Counted from the first letter of the stretch, positions 42,205 to 56,655 are shown. The stretch is DNA of 64,000 nucleotides from Octopus vulgaris (GCA_951406725.2 OX597833.1:18228001-18292000), one strand, 5' to 3'. Numbers and translations are program-made. Notes: generated from the letters alone by a model not told the origin.

Positions 42205-42803
42205 CCTAGCGGTTGAGGGAACCTGTGAAAGAGGTAGACCCAGGAAAACCTGGAACGAGGTGGTGAAGCACGACCTTCGAACTTTAGGTCTCACCGAGGA
42301 AATGACTATAGACCTTTGGAAGTATGCTGTGCGTGAGAAGACCCAACAGGACAGGTGAGACCATAACCCGTGGCCTCAGTCCACTTATGCATACCTTTCC
42401 TTCTTGGGACACAAAACTCTACTTGTGAAGACCTGTTGAGGCAAGTGAAAATCAAAATCAAAATTGATCAACATCAATGGAAATTGTAGCTGTGATACCA
42501 GTGCCGGTGGCACATAAGAGAACCATCCGAATGTGGCCGTTGCCAGCGCCTCTCCGACTGGCCTCCGTGCCGGTGGCACGTATAAAGCACCATCCGATCG
42601 TAGCCGTTTGCCAGCCTCGTCTGGCACCTGTGCCGGTGACACGTAAAAAGTACCCACTACACTCATGGAGTGGTTGGCGTTAGGAAGGGCATCTAGCCGT
42701 AGAAACATTGCCAGATCAGACTGGGCCTGGTGCAGCCTTCTGGCTTCCCAGACCCCAGTTGAAACCTCCAACCCATTCAAGCATGGAAAGCGGACGCTAA
42801 ACG
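42205..42803 (+). mobile_element. 3' end of an RTE-clade LINE
   Basis: VEGTCERGRPRKTWNEVVKHDLRTLGL...LWKYAV is the typical RTE ORF C-terminus, followed by a 3' UTR (ggcgttaggaagggcatc) and a (TTA)n tail. Confidence 0.7.
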
Positions 42804-42853
<50 letters not shown>

Positions 42854-42856
<3 letters not shown>

Positions 42857-43405
42857 TTTTACTGAGTTTTTTTAACTTTTAATATGCATGTTTGTTACAA
42901 TCACTTGCCGAGACACACCCAGTGTCCTAGGGCGAGTGAAGGATAAGAGATGGTACAGTATAACTGAAAGCTTGGGGAGGAGATGTGGCAGGAGTATTAG
43001 TGAAATATCTTCATGTAATACAGTACAGACATTTAAATGGATAGGGATTTTCTAAGGATGTGGGCAGTACTTGTTAGTAAAATCTTTTGGATTTCTCTGA
43101 GACATGGTTCTCCTGGGATTTTATCTAGATGTTTCTGACATCCCTTTTTTATCACAACTAGGACACCTATAATAACAGGAACAGTTTTCGCTTTAAGGTG
43201 CCACATATTTTGTATTTCAATTTCCAGGTCCTTATATTTACTTAATTTGTCAAATTCCTTTACAGATATATTTTTACCAGTAGGAACACTTACATCTATT
43301 AGTCTACAAATATTTTCTTCCTTGTCTTTAATAATTATGTCTGGTCGATTTGTCTGGATCATTCTGTCCGTGTTGACTGGAAAATCCCAGAGGATAGTAA
43401 CATTT
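42854..43405 (-). mobile_element. 5'-truncated R4/Dong-type non-LTR retrotransposon (restriction-like endonuclease)
   Basis: ILWDFPVNTDRMIQTNRPDIII...LIDVSVP...KLSKYKDL carries the RPD..D..K..KY REL motif. The 3' end runs directly into (TAA)n at 42804-42853. Confidence 0.85.
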
Positions 43406-43419
43406 ATTATTGTTATTAT

Positions 43420-44795
43420 TATTTTCATAAACACACAACAGATTAGATTGCTGGAAAAGAAAAAATCCTAACATCAAGCAACAAATAACTCTAGATGCCA
43501 AGAAACCTCCTTTGTGTCCTAGCTGTCCCTAACAACACTGTTTTCTGGGGCTGTACTAAACTGGGTTTTATGCCTATTTCCTGTATCCACCTGTTCAAAT
43601 CTTTAGGGATAGTTCCCAATGCACCTATAACTACTGGGATACATTTTACCCGTATTTTCTATAGACTCTGCAATCCAATGGCTAGGTCCTCGTACATTGC
43701 TATTTTTTCTATTCCTTTCATATTGATTTTTTTATCATTGGCAACTATAAAGTAAATTATCTCTTTATTTATTACTACTAAATCAGGCCTTCTAGCTTCT
43801 ATTACTCTGTCAGCCTAAATGTTAAAGTCCCACAACATCTTGTATTTCCTACTTTCTAGCACTTTGCTAGGTTCATGTTCATACCATATACCAGTATGTG
43901 CAAACCCTTGCTTTCTACATAACTCCCAGTGGATTATTCTCCCTAGTCATGTCTTTTTTGTAGTTTTTCTGTGCCAGCATACTACATTCACTTGCTATAT
44001 GAGTAACACTTTCCTCTTTTGATTTGCATAACCTACTTTGGGAGGCTACTAGGTTTTTGTCAAGCTTGACTTTTATCCAATTAGTCCTTAATGTTTGATC
44101 ATGTGCTGCTACTAACAAACTCTGTCTCTCTCTTTTCAACTTTCCTTTCTGCAACTATAACTGTCTCACAACTACTATTTGCTGCAACTATCTTTGAGAA
44201 TCTACCATGTAACGCCTTCTCATGCCAGTCAGATCATTTCCGTTCTTTTTTCTGGTTTTTAACTTCATTTGGGTTTTTGGTTTCCCTGTCTTGCTGTGAT
44301 TGTAGCTGCTTTTAAGAAACTTTCTTCACTATTACCTACGTAGGAGTCTATATCAACTCTTGCTAACTCCACTTTGTCTTCTAAGAATATTAACATATTC
44401 TGCCTCCCTTTCTAGGTAAGTGTAATCTTGCTACTCCTGCCCTTAGGTGAAGTCCTCCATTCAATTTGGATTCCTTCCTAGTTCTGTCTAGCCTTGCTAG
44501 TTCAGTTATTTCCAATCTACAAAAACTGCTGAGTATCTAAGTAATGATACTGCCCAAGTATTTAAAGCCTTCACTACATTTGGGCCCTTTAGCTTTGACT
44601 TCATTAGCTCCTTCTCCCTTCTGATGTACACCCTCTTAAGTTTCGTTTTCATTTCTATAGTTAGTATTTTGTCAAATTCTTATGCTCCTAGATACTTATA
44701 ACCCTCACCTCCTTTCAATGATTTTAATGTCTGGCCATCTGGTAATTGGATGCCTTCGCAGTTGACTACCTGTCCCCTTTTCATGATTAATATTG
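43420..44795 (-). mobile_element. Second, decayed R4/Dong-type element (RT C-terminus, zinc knuckle, REL)
   Basis: YKYLG RT motif near 44700, AAHDQTLRTNWIK, RLCKSKEESVTHIASECSMLA (CCHC-derived), LWDF...RRPDLV, with frameshifts. 3' end in a short TAA-type repeat at ~43405-43422. Confidence 0.8.
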
Positions 44796-45144
44796 CACAG
44801 AGGACATTATCAACGCGCAAAAACACGGAGTTTGCGCAGATCAAAAATAAAGATATAACAAGATATAAAAATGGAATTTAAAAAAGGGGGTGGGGCTGCA
44901 AAAAAAATTCCCCTATAGAATTGCAGTCTACCTGAGGTGATTCGAGGGAACTCTCACTTGGGAAGGCCCGAATAACTGCCATCTCAAAGGTAACCAAACT
45001 GCCTCCTTCCAGTTTCTTTCCTCCTACATAGAACAGTATGCACGGATAGACCCATTCTAGACTAACCGATTTTGCCATTCTCATTTCTCATCCACTTTTC
45101 TTCAAATACGCTAATCAATATATATAATATGCTATGTATATTTA

Positions 45145-45312
<168 letters not shown>

Positions 45313-46928
45313 CATATATATATATATGTTCTTTTATTCTTTTATTCATTTACTTGTATCAGTCATTTGATTGTTGCCATGCTGGAGCACCGCCTTTAGT
45401 CGAGCAAATCTACCCCAGGACTTATTCTTTGTAAGCCTAGTACTTATTCTATCGGTTACTTTTGTCGAACAGCTAAGTTACGAGGTCGTAAATACACCAG
45501 CATCGGTTGTCAAGCGATGATGGGGGGGGTCAAACACAGACCCACAAACACACACACAGACACAAACACACACACACACACACTCACACACACACACATA
45601 CATATACATATATACGACGGTCTTTCGGTTTCCGCCCACTAAATCCACTCACAAGGCTTTAGTTGGCCCAAGGCTATACTAGAAGACTCTTCCCCAAGGT
45701 GCTACGCAGTGAGATTGAACCCGGAACCATGTGGTTGGTAAGCAAACAACTTACCACACAGCCACTACCTTATAAATATATATATATATATCAGGTAGCA
45801 GAATGAAATTTCGAATACAAAAAATCCCAAAATAAACAGGGTAACTCCATTGAACAATTAGAGCCCACATCGCGTGATTTAGAAAGTAAATTATATTAAA
45901 AAGAGAAACAACTTCAACAGCTTGAAGTGATTGGGTCTTTTTTGTTTAGCTGTCTCTTTTCAATTTCTTCAATTTTCTGTTACAATTGATTTCACATTTG
46001 GTGTATTGGTGTAGTTTTGTATGGTAATCATTGACATGTAATTCATTGTCGTCATAAATCAATAAATAGAAAGTTAATAGCTTTTAAAGTTTGCAAGTGT
46101 TTGGCAATTTTAGCAAGTCGGAAACCACAGACATATAGGTGCCAGTTTCCATAGTAATAAGCCAAGCTGTTACCAAACTGTTAATTAATTTGGTCATTTT
46201 TCGCTTATTAAATGCTTTAGACATATAAGGTATGAAATGATTGTCAGATGCGCTAAAAATAATAGCTAAATAAGCCTTAAATCATGCACTAAAATTTATC
46301 TTTTTGTTTTTTGCATAACCCTATGAATTCCAGAGTGTAGAATGCAAATTCGCAAAAATTTTCTGAAAATTCCCAAAAAACTCAAACGTCACGAGGAATT
46401 ATATGGTGTGCGTAAAGGCAGAATTCCGACATTTCATTTATTTATAGTTGATATAACGTGAAGTCACGCACAAACTAACAGTTTACAAATCCCGTTTTCC
46501 GACTGGGTAAAAATGATCAAACGTTAAACCTCTGTAAATTTTTAAAACAATTTTTGGAAAAAGTGAATGAGCCCCTGAGATTCAGCGTGGAAAACGACAT
46601 CAATACACCAAATTTGAATTTTTCCCTTAATTTTAAAATTTCCACAGTGCAGTCAAACAGAAAAGATCCAAGTGATGAAGTGTTTCTCACAATATTCTTT
46701 TTTTTGGTTTAGTCATTTGACTGCGACCATGCTGGGACACCACTTTGAAGAGTTTTAGTTGAAGAAATCGACCCCGGAACTTATTTTTAAGTCTAGTACG
46801 TATTCTATCGATCTCATGTCCAAACCTCTAAGTTGTGGGGACGTAAACACACCAACACCGGTTGTCAAACAGTGACGGGGGGACAAACACATGCATAAAG
46901 ATAGACACACATATACATACACACACAT

Positions 46929-46965
<37 letters not shown>

Positions 46966-47187
46966 CACACACACACTCACATATATATATATATATATAT
47001 ATACCCGACGGGTCTCTTTCAGTTTCTGTCTACCAAATCCACCCACAAGGCTTTGGTAGGCCCAAGGCCTATAATAGAAGACACTTGCCCAAGGTGCCAT
47101 GCAGTGGGACTCAAACCATGATCATGTGCTTGAGAAGCAAGCTTCTTACCACACACACACACACACACACACGCGCAATACATACGC

Positions 47188-47234
<47 letters not shown>

Positions 47235-47747
47235 TATGTATGTATGTATGTATGTATGTATGTATGTATGTATGGATGGATGGATGGATGGATGGATGTA
47301 TGTATGTATGTGTATAAATATTGTGAGTAACTCTTAATCACTTGCTGCTGTTGAAGTTGTTTCCCTTTATAATATAATTTACGTTCTAAATTACCTGATA
47401 TGGGCTCTAATTACTCACTAAATTTTGTATTCGAAAGTTCATTCTACCACCTTCTTTGTTTCCTAATGCTTTCAATTAATGTCTTTACGTTCATAAATTC
47501 TGATGACCAAATAAATTTGCACCATTTTCTCATTGGTAAATGTAATCAATATATATATATATATATATATTATAGGCTTTGTGTCAGCAATATCTATTTG
47601 ATACGCTATTTGTATTTGTATTTACACTTCCCCTGTTAAATATTCTCCTTCATATATTCCTATATATTCCACTATTACCTTTTATATTCACTTTTCTGAG
47701 AGTTCTTATGTATTCCAACTTTTACCTATTTACTTATTACACTGCAT

Positions 47748-49400
47748 CAGTGTTGCCAACTTAAAATCACAATTTTATGCTAAATTTCAGTAGAAAAAAT
47801 ACCAAAAAATTGCTAAATAAGAAAAAAAATGCTAAAGACTAGTTATATCACAAAGCTTAATTTTTATTTACATTTTTATTTTCTTTAATTGTATTCAGCT
47901 TTGAGAAATAATTTCTTGAATTTCACTGACTTGATCATTTTCAGTTGCAGGGCCTAGGTCTTGGCTTCTGTATACTTTCAAGGTCCAAATTTTGGTAATT
48001 ATGTGTTTTGGAATATCGAAGTTTTTGCAGCGTTTGCCATATGTTTGCAGGCCATATTTTATAGACAATATTGATCTAGCATAGGAAGATGCATTTTGTT
48101 TTTCAATTTTGATTTGATTACACCCATACTACTGAACGACCATTCAACCTCTGTATTTGAGTTTGGCAATGTCAATAAATTAATGGCAAAATTTGCAGCA
48201 TCTCTAAAAGGATTTCCTCCAGTAGCATCTTTATATTCCAAGACCTAAAGCCAGAATTCCTCAGTATTAGATGTATTTGTCCATTTAACTAAATGAATGC
48301 TATCAAACTGAATTTCAATTGAAGCAATTTTTTTTTCATTTAGATGCATTGCTTCTAAGACAGGTAAAATTGGCTCTTTGAAATGCTGCAAAATATTCTC
48401 TACTGAAAAACATTGATATTCCTCAGTATATTAATATTTCCTGGCAAACGGTTCTTGAGCTCTTTATAAAAGCAGAGTAAAAATTGTGCTCTTTGCGAAT
48501 ATTATTTTCTTCGGTGGCTGTTACAGTCTTCTTGATAATCATTTCTGCTATCTTTCTCTCGAACCTGTAGCCTAAATTTGGTTTAGGATCCAAAAATTTT
48601 TCAATAGAAGCACCAGGATCAAGAGGATTAATTCTACATGTTGGCAACACTATCGTATTAGCAACAGATTTGATCAAATTTGAAAGATCTTAAAGTAATT
48701 TTGTTTTGTTGACAGTGTTTGATTCAAAACAGTTTATTCACTTCCTGAACACGTTTTAAAATTGGATGCAAAAATAAAGGTAAAGTTCATTCCGAGAATC
48801 ACAAAACATTTCATGTAATGTTTGTGCTGTAAAGTATTTTTCTTTTGTAATAGTAGTTTGGAAGTGAGTTTGCAATCCAAGCCATTGGCTTAAAATTCTA
48901 TTTACAGCTGGTTCTCTTGACAGCCACCTAGTTGTGCAAGATTACACGATCTTCAAAGGCTCTTTATCATTGATAACAAGGTAAAGTTGTTTGTAGGTAC
49001 TTTGTCTTGTTGAAGAATGAGAGAACCATTTATAGGTTTCGGATACTAAAAATTCTAAATTTATGGGCAGGCATTCAGCACAAGTGTTGATTACTGCCAA
49101 CTGTAAAGAATGGCATACACATCTAAATAGAAGTGATGGTGGAACTTTTTTTAATTTCTGGAAAACAACATTGTTGACTCCTGTCGTGATTCTAGCATTA
49201 TCAGTTCCTATAACTATTATTTTTTTTTATATCTAATTTTTTTTGCTAATTCAATTTTTAAGGCATCTACGATGCCATCTGCATAACAAGTTTCTAAAGA
49301 TACCATACTGAAATATGTATATACCACTTTTCTGTAAGTATCACTATATAATCGATATATCATTGGATTCATCTAATAACAGGCGAAATTTTCTATCTCC
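47748..49400 (-). mobile_element. hAT transposase pseudogene with one terminal repeat
   Basis: Minus-strand fragments GTDNA, CVCHSLQLAV (CxxH), TTRWLS, and NLLTLPNSNTEVEWSFSSMGVIKSKLKNKM (hAT dimerisation domain). CAGTGTTGCCAAC terminus at 47748. Confidence 0.82.
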
Positions 49401-50055
49401 GCTATCAGAAATCGGCGTCCATTTCAGGGAGAATGTTATGATTTTGGTCACTTATATACGCCACGGAAACCGGGTAACCGACCTTATGAGTCCAAGAGCT
49501 CATAAGGCTCATAAGGATCAAAAGGTTCAGAAAATAAAACTCAAAGCTACTACTAATAAGCATAGGAACTGAATAAAACACCTTGGTTTACGTCCCTTTA
49601 CATTCCAATTCGACCGGGATTAACTTTGCTTTCCATCCCATTCGATGAAAGATGAAATAAATACAAGTGAAGCATAAGGATTGATTGAATCATCTTGTTA
49701 CTAAACCCCTAATTAGAAACCATTATTAGGTTGAGGGACATTTCGAGATTTCTGTCGGAAAGTTGATTTTAGGTTGAAAATCCTTTATCATTATGCAGGA
49801 TGTATTTGCTGAATTGTTAACATTTAACGATATTAATTTTTTTGTGTTTTATCTTTTACTTGCTTCACTCATTGGACTACGGCCAGGCTGAGGTACCGCC
49901 TTCAAGAGTTTAGTCGAACAAACTGACCACAGTACTAAGTTTAAAGTCTTGTACTTAATCACTAAGATCCATTAGTCAGAAAGCTATGTTACGGGCGCGT
50001 AAACAAACACCGGTTATCAAACTGTGGGGGAGGTTAACTAACAGAGGCACAATGA

Positions 50056-50112
<57 letters not shown>

Positions 50113-50279
50113 AGTGAGTGTATCTTCGTATATTTGGAGTGTGGATCTTTGTGACTGTGTTTGTCCCCCGTCACCGTTTGACCACCATTGCTGGTGTGTT
50201 TACGTTCGTGTAACATAGAGATTCGGCAAAATTACCCGACAGAATAAGTACCAGGTTTAATAATAATAATAATAATAAC

Positions 50280-50311
<32 letters not shown>

Positions 50312-50331
50312 TGATGATGATGATGATGATG

Positions 50332-50398
<67 letters not shown>

Positions 50399-51254
50399 TA
50401 ATAATAATTGACAGGTCCGACTAAAATTCTCCAAGGCGGTGCCCCAGCATGGCCGCAGCTTAAGGAACTGAAACAAGTAAAATATAAACGATAAAAGATA
50501 TAAGATGCAGAAATGAAGAAGCAGAACATCCTCACATCAATCTCGCAAGGGTTGGAAATGTGGGTCTGGAAGAACTATGGCCATTCCTCCCTATCTTATT
50601 TAATTATTGTTTCTTATTTAGGCACAAGGCCAGCAATTTTGAGGGGTGTAGGTAAGTCGATATTATCGACTTTATATTACGAATCCGGAAGTATAAAACG
50701 ATAACCCGGCAGAATCGTTACAGCGCCGGACAAAATGCTCAACTGTATTTGTTCCGACTTAATGTTCTGATTTCAAATACCACCGGGGTCAACTTTGCTT
50801 TCCCTCCTTTCGGGGTCAATAAAATAAGTACCAGTTATGTACTAGGGTTGATGTAAATGATTTGCGCGCTCCCCCCCAACCCAAATTTCAGGCTTTGTAT
50901 CAACAGTAGAAAGAATTATGGATCTGGAAGTATAAGACAGCAAATTGGTGGAATCGTTACCGCGCCAGGCAAAATGCTTAGCAGCAATTTCGTCCGTCTT
51001 CACGTTCTGAGTTCAAATTCCACCGAGGTCAACGTTGCGTTTCACTCTTTCGAAATCGATAAATAAGTTACCAGTCAAACACTGGGGTCGATATAATCGA
51101 CTTAACCCCAATCCGAAATTGCTGGCCTTGCGCCAAAATTTGAATCCGTTATTAGATCTTTCATCGTTTATATTTTCAGTCCATTAAGCTGCGGCCATGC
51201 TGGGGCACCACCTTGCAGAATTTTAGTGGGACCTGTCGAATCCCTGTGATCATC

Positions 51255-51299
<45 letters not shown>

Positions 51300-51339
51300 G
51301 TCATCCTCCTCCTCCTCCTCCTCCTCCTCCTCATCATCA

Positions 51340-51400
<61 letters not shown>

Positions 51401-52591
51401 ACCTGGTACTTATTCTGTCGGTTAATTTTGCCGAATTGCTATGTTACACGAACGTAAACACACCAGCAATGGTGGTCAAACGGTAGCGTGGGACAAACAC
51501 AGTCTTTCCACAGAAAGTGGAAATTTACCGGGTTTTCAAGTATGTAAAGAGTTGGAGCAAATCCCGAAAGCATGTTTTTTGCCCCGATGCTCTGCTAGCT
51601 CGCCGTCTTTAACAAGTTAATATAATAATAAAGGAAAACATCCTGGCGTTTTTGTTTGTGTTACAAATCACTGTTACGGTAATTAAGGGGATGTGGTGAG
51701 TGCCGTATTATGACAAATAATCTACAAACAAGGCGAATAATTAAATTCTGTTGATTGCTTAATGCATAAACACTTCTCACACACACGCACACACACACAC
51801 ACAGACACTCATGTATAGTTACTCTTTTACTTGTTTCAGTCATTTGACTGTGGCCATGCTGGAGCACCGCCTTTAGTCGAGGAAATCGCCCCCCAGGACT
51901 TATTCTTTGTAAGCGTAGTACTTATTCTATCGGTCTCTTTTGCCGAACCGCTAAGTAACGGGGACGTAAACACACCAGCATCGGTTGTCAAGCGATGTTG
52001 GGGGAACAATCAGACACACAAACATGCACACAGATGCACACACACACACGCACACACACGCACGCACACACACGCACACACATATATATATCTATCTATC
52101 TCTATATATATATACATATATATATATACATATATATATATACGACGGGCTTCTTTTAGTTTCCGTCTACCAAATCCACTCACAAGGCTTTGGTCGGCCC
52201 GAGGCTATAGTAGAAGGCACTTGCCCAAGTTGCCACGTAGTGGGACTGAACCTGGAACCATGCGGTTCATAAGCAAGCTACTTACCACACAGCCAGAGAG
52301 CGAAAAAGATTGTAACTAATAAATGATTGTAACTTGTACAATTGTCATGATTACGTGATATTAATTAGTAATAAAACAAAACAATAATAGCCAAAGCAAG
52401 CTCAGCGAACCAAATATTTTAATATATCTATTAGATAACCGACCATTTTAAATTACAATCAACTTAATTTAAATCCATCAATCTGCACTTTAAACTTTTA
52501 CACTTATGGGATCGACTGACTCGTTGTACGTCATATATGAAATCAATTTTAATAGAAATACACACGTACAAGCATATATTCAATACAGTTA

Positions 52592-52593
52592 TG

Positions 52594-52647
<54 letters not shown>

Positions 52648-52730
52648 AAGATAGATAGGTAAGTAGATAGACAGGTAGGTATATAGGTAAAAATATAGAT
52701 AGATAGGTAGGTAGATATGTAGGTAGGTAA

Positions 52731-52799
<69 letters not shown>

Positions 52800-52836
52800 C
52801 ATACATACAGACAAAGAAACTGAGAGACAGACAGAC

Positions 52837-52927
<91 letters not shown>

Positions 52928-52976
52928 CATACATACAGACAAAGAGACTGAGAGACAGACAGACAGACAGACAGAC

Positions 52977-53023
<47 letters not shown>

Positions 53024-53096
53024 CAGACATACATACATACATATATACATACATACATACATACATACATTCATACATACATACAAACATACATAC

Positions 53097-53182
<86 letters not shown>
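52592..53182. repeat. Compound (GATA)n/(GACA)n/(CATA)n microsatellite
   Basis: Direct reading. A similar (TATC)n tract lies at 33721-34013. Confidence 0.95.
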
Positions 53183-53183
<1 letters not shown>

Positions 53184-53367
53184 GTCGTAAGTAGAATAAT
53201 ATTGAAACGGTAATCATGCGTAATGAAGCGGAAATCCGTTTAAATGTTTTGTTTCTGAAGCTGTTTGTGTGTCCATGTTCGATTAATACAATAAACGAGA
53301 AAAAGCTTAGTATAGTTTAAAAATCCAGAAAGACTTACCAGACCAAGATGCCAGTTTTCGCTGTGTA

Positions 53368-54894
53368 TTACCTTGAGAAGTTATGACCAAGTTGATGCGT
53401 GGAAGGAGATGCTTTATCGGAATAGGTTTGCCAATGAGCAGAAGGAGTCTTGTAATCTGTTCCACCGGTAGAGAAGGAAGCATGGGGCATGGAACCGTGA
53501 AACCATTTCACAAAAGGACTGTTGATTGTCTGACGCAAGAGAGCTTCGTCAAGACGATAAGCTTGCCGTTCGGCCTCGGTGTATGGTGAGTAAATCGGAT
53601 TCAGGTTGGGAGCGAACGGAGACATTGTTAAGCTGGAATGATTAGTTAAATATTTAGTCGACATTGGATATACGTTTATGTCACATGACGCCTTTCGGCC
53701 TCTCCTTCGTGAGCGGCGTCGTTGGCGGAAGTCCCCTCTCATAAAGTCCTGTACATTCGCCGGATGGATGGCCCAATAATTGCCTTTGCCGTCTTCACAT
53801 CTACCTGCTTTTACAAAACAGTCGTTGAGGGATAAATTATGACGAACACTGTTCCTCCAACCTTGACTCCGATTTCGGTAAAATGGGTAGTTGGTTTCGA
53901 TCCAAGAATAAATTGATCCAAGACTTAACCTCTGTTGCGTAGATTCTAGAATAGCGGTTGCTATAAGCGCAATGTATGAGAGTGCTGGTTTGACATTTTC
54001 ACTGGAAGCACTTTTCACAGTCAATTGTTTCTCGTTCTCTCCACTCCCATTACTATTATTTGCATTTTGTTTGGTATCTTTGCTTAAAGACTCTGCACAG
54101 TTACCCGTAGATATTGCATTATCTTTGAACAAGTCTAACTCGGACCCAGACGTCGGAGGTTCAATCCCATCAGTGATATTTGTATTATTGTGTTGAGTAA
54201 GGTCCGGAATAAGTTCATCAGATTTCGCCGTGCAATCCGAATCAGGATCGAAAACTGGAGAACTGCAGTGAGAGGTCAATTTAAACCTAGTTTCCGGTGT
54301 ATATGGGAAGGCTTGTTTTTGATCTGTTAAAAATACTACAGCTTTGTTCGGGTAATTTCCAGACGGTGTAGTTAAATTGCTACTTGTCGGGTATAGAAAA
54401 CTTGGTGGGAACCTGTTCTCATCGCATGTTACCGTATTTGGTATGAAAGTCGAATGAGTATCTCTGGAAGTCAATAAATCCTCCATGCCTTGCGAATCGC
54501 TTTGTATGTCGTATTTTGGGAATGTACAAAGTTCCGGATTGAAGTTTATTTCCGTATTTTTAGGAAATACGATTTCATCGACCGATGATAAAGATTCGTA
54601 ACTTCCGTAAGAGCAGTTCAGATCGGAGCTTCGATAAAACGGGATTGTTGTTTCAGAAGGTGTCTGAGGATGCCGTGACAGGACCGATTCCACATAAGTC
54701 GGAGTATGTTCTTGCCTTAACAACTGATCCTCTCCTGATTGTAAGCCAGCGGCGTATCTTGAACAATAGATTGTAACGTCGAGAGGTTGGGAATGTTGGT
54801 AAATAGGTGAAGGACTCTCAACATCACGTCTCGTTAATCGAAAGATATCGTGCTGGTTGTAACCGGATGGAACGTGAAGTGTCTGGCTCTCCAT
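53368..54894 (-). CDS. FoxQ2: Forkhead-box transcription factor, FoxQ2-like (508 aa, single long coding exon)
   Basis: Uninterrupted ORF. Forkhead domain at ~53715-53991 (KPALSYIALIATAIL...WRNSVRHNLSLNDCFVK) is followed by AGRCEDGKGNYWAIHPANVQDFMRGDFRQRR, the wing signature typical of FoxQ2. The Fox domain is certain, the subfamily is by recognition. Confidence 0.85.
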   Translation of the reverse strand: MESQTLHVPSGYNQHDIFRLTRRDVESPSPIYQHSQPLDVTIYCSRYAAGLQSGEDQLLRQEHTPTYVESVLSRHPQTPSETTIPFYRSSDLNCSYGSYESLSSVDEIVFPKNTEINFNPELCTFPKYDIQSDSQGMEDLLTSRDTHSTFIPNTVTCDENRFPPSFLYPTSSNLTTPSGNYPNKAVVFLTDQKQAFPYTPETRFKLTSHCSSPVFDPDSDCTAKSDELIPDLTQHNNTNITDGIEPPTSGSELDLFKDNAISTGNCAESLSKDTKQNANNSNGSGENEKQLTVKSASSENVKPALSYIALIATAILESTQQRLSLGSIYSWIETNYPFYRNRSQGWRNSVRHNLSLNDCFVKAGRCEDGKGNYWAIHPANVQDFMRGDFRQRRRSRRRGRKASCDINVYPMSTKYLTNHSSLTMSPFAPNLNPIYSPYTEAERQAYRLDEALLRQTINSPFVKWFHGSMPHASFSTGGTDYKTPSAHWQTYSDKASPSTHQLGHNFSR

Positions 54895-55666
54895 CGAGTA
54901 ACAAATATCAAGAGATTTTTTTTTCTTTCTTCTCCCTTTTTTTCTCTCTGCCTTTTTTCCCGCTTATTTTTTATATTTACAAACACAAATATATAAACAT
55001 TTGTATATATATATATGCTTGAATGATTTTCGTATTTTGTTTTTTAAATGGACTCTGCAATCCAAAATCAAAATAAGTGATTCCTTTCAAACTGGAATTT
55101 CTTTTTTGTTCTTTTTGTTTTTTACGAACAGCTTTGTCGCTCTTTTGTAGTTTTCTTCGATTTGTCCAGTATTCGTATTTATCTCAGCAATTGTTTATCG
55201 AAAGATATTGTTCCATCAGTACCAGGACCAGAGTGTGTGTGTGTATGTGTGTCTGTGCGTGTGTGTGTATGCATACATTGTATGTAAGAATGCATGTGTG
55301 CATTGACGAACATCTGATGTGTGTAGATAAGAATGAAATATGCATCTAACATCATATATACTGTGTATGACTGTATGACCGAGGTATAAGCATGTGTTGT
55401 ACAAATCTCATATGTATGTCTGTATATCTATATATCTCTTTACGTCTGTGCGTATGTAGGTAGGTAAGTGTGTTTGTATGTATATATATATATATATATA
55501 TATAAATGTATGTATGTATGTATGTATGTATATGAGAGAGATGGGCGTACGAATCACACACGTATACGGATGTATTACGAGTGACGATTATACATATAAA
55601 TGAAAGTGCATGGGCAGATTGTACAACACCAACAGCAGCAGCAGCAGCAACAACAACAACAACATC

Positions 55667-55728
<62 letters not shown>

Positions 55729-56244
55729 TAATAATAATACAAAAGAAAAATTCGACTGATTTAATATGCTCGATTAGGAGACAGAAATATGCGATGAAAA
55801 CGCCCTTCAGAGAAGCGCTGTAGCATTCAGTACCTATTTTTCTCGATGGACTTAAAAATAAGCGAAAGAACAAGTGGCGAGAAAATCCTTATCCACACAA
55901 ACTCGTCAGTGAGGATTGTTAAGAAGTTTGGTCAGTGAAAAAGAAAAGAAAAAGAAAAGAAATATAAAGAAAAAAAAATGAAAAAAAAGTAAGAGTTTTG
56001 CGACGAAGGTGAGGTGGGAGGTGAGGGGAGGGACGAGGAAGAGGACTATAAGATTCTGATGATATGGTGGTGGTGGTGGTGGTGGTGGTGGTGGTGGTCG
56101 TGGTGGTATTGAGAGTAGTGTTACTTGTGGCGATTCTTATTAACATTCCCCCTTCTTTCTCGCACTCTCTCTTTCTACACATACACACACGGACAGACAT
56201 ATATATATATATATATATAAATATATATATGTATATATGTGTGT

Positions 56245-56315
<71 letters not shown>

Positions 56316-56411
56316 TTGTGTGTGAGTGTGTGTGCGTGCGTGTATATATATATACAGATTCATAGATATGAGCACTCTTGTATACATAGGTCCACGCATG
56401 CACACATGTGT

Positions 56412-56512
<101 letters not shown>

Positions 56513-56526
56513 GCACACACATACAC

Positions 56527-56566
<40 letters not shown>

Positions 56567-56655
56567 AGAGAGAGAGAGAGACAGACATAGAGACAGAGAT
56601 AGACAGAGAGTAAGATAGACAGAGAGTAAGATAGATAGATAGATAGATAGATAGG

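Noticed and set aside
53383-55022. Short + strand ORFs overlapping the Fox gene
   Set aside because: Antisense shadows of the real minus-strand CDS with no independent support.
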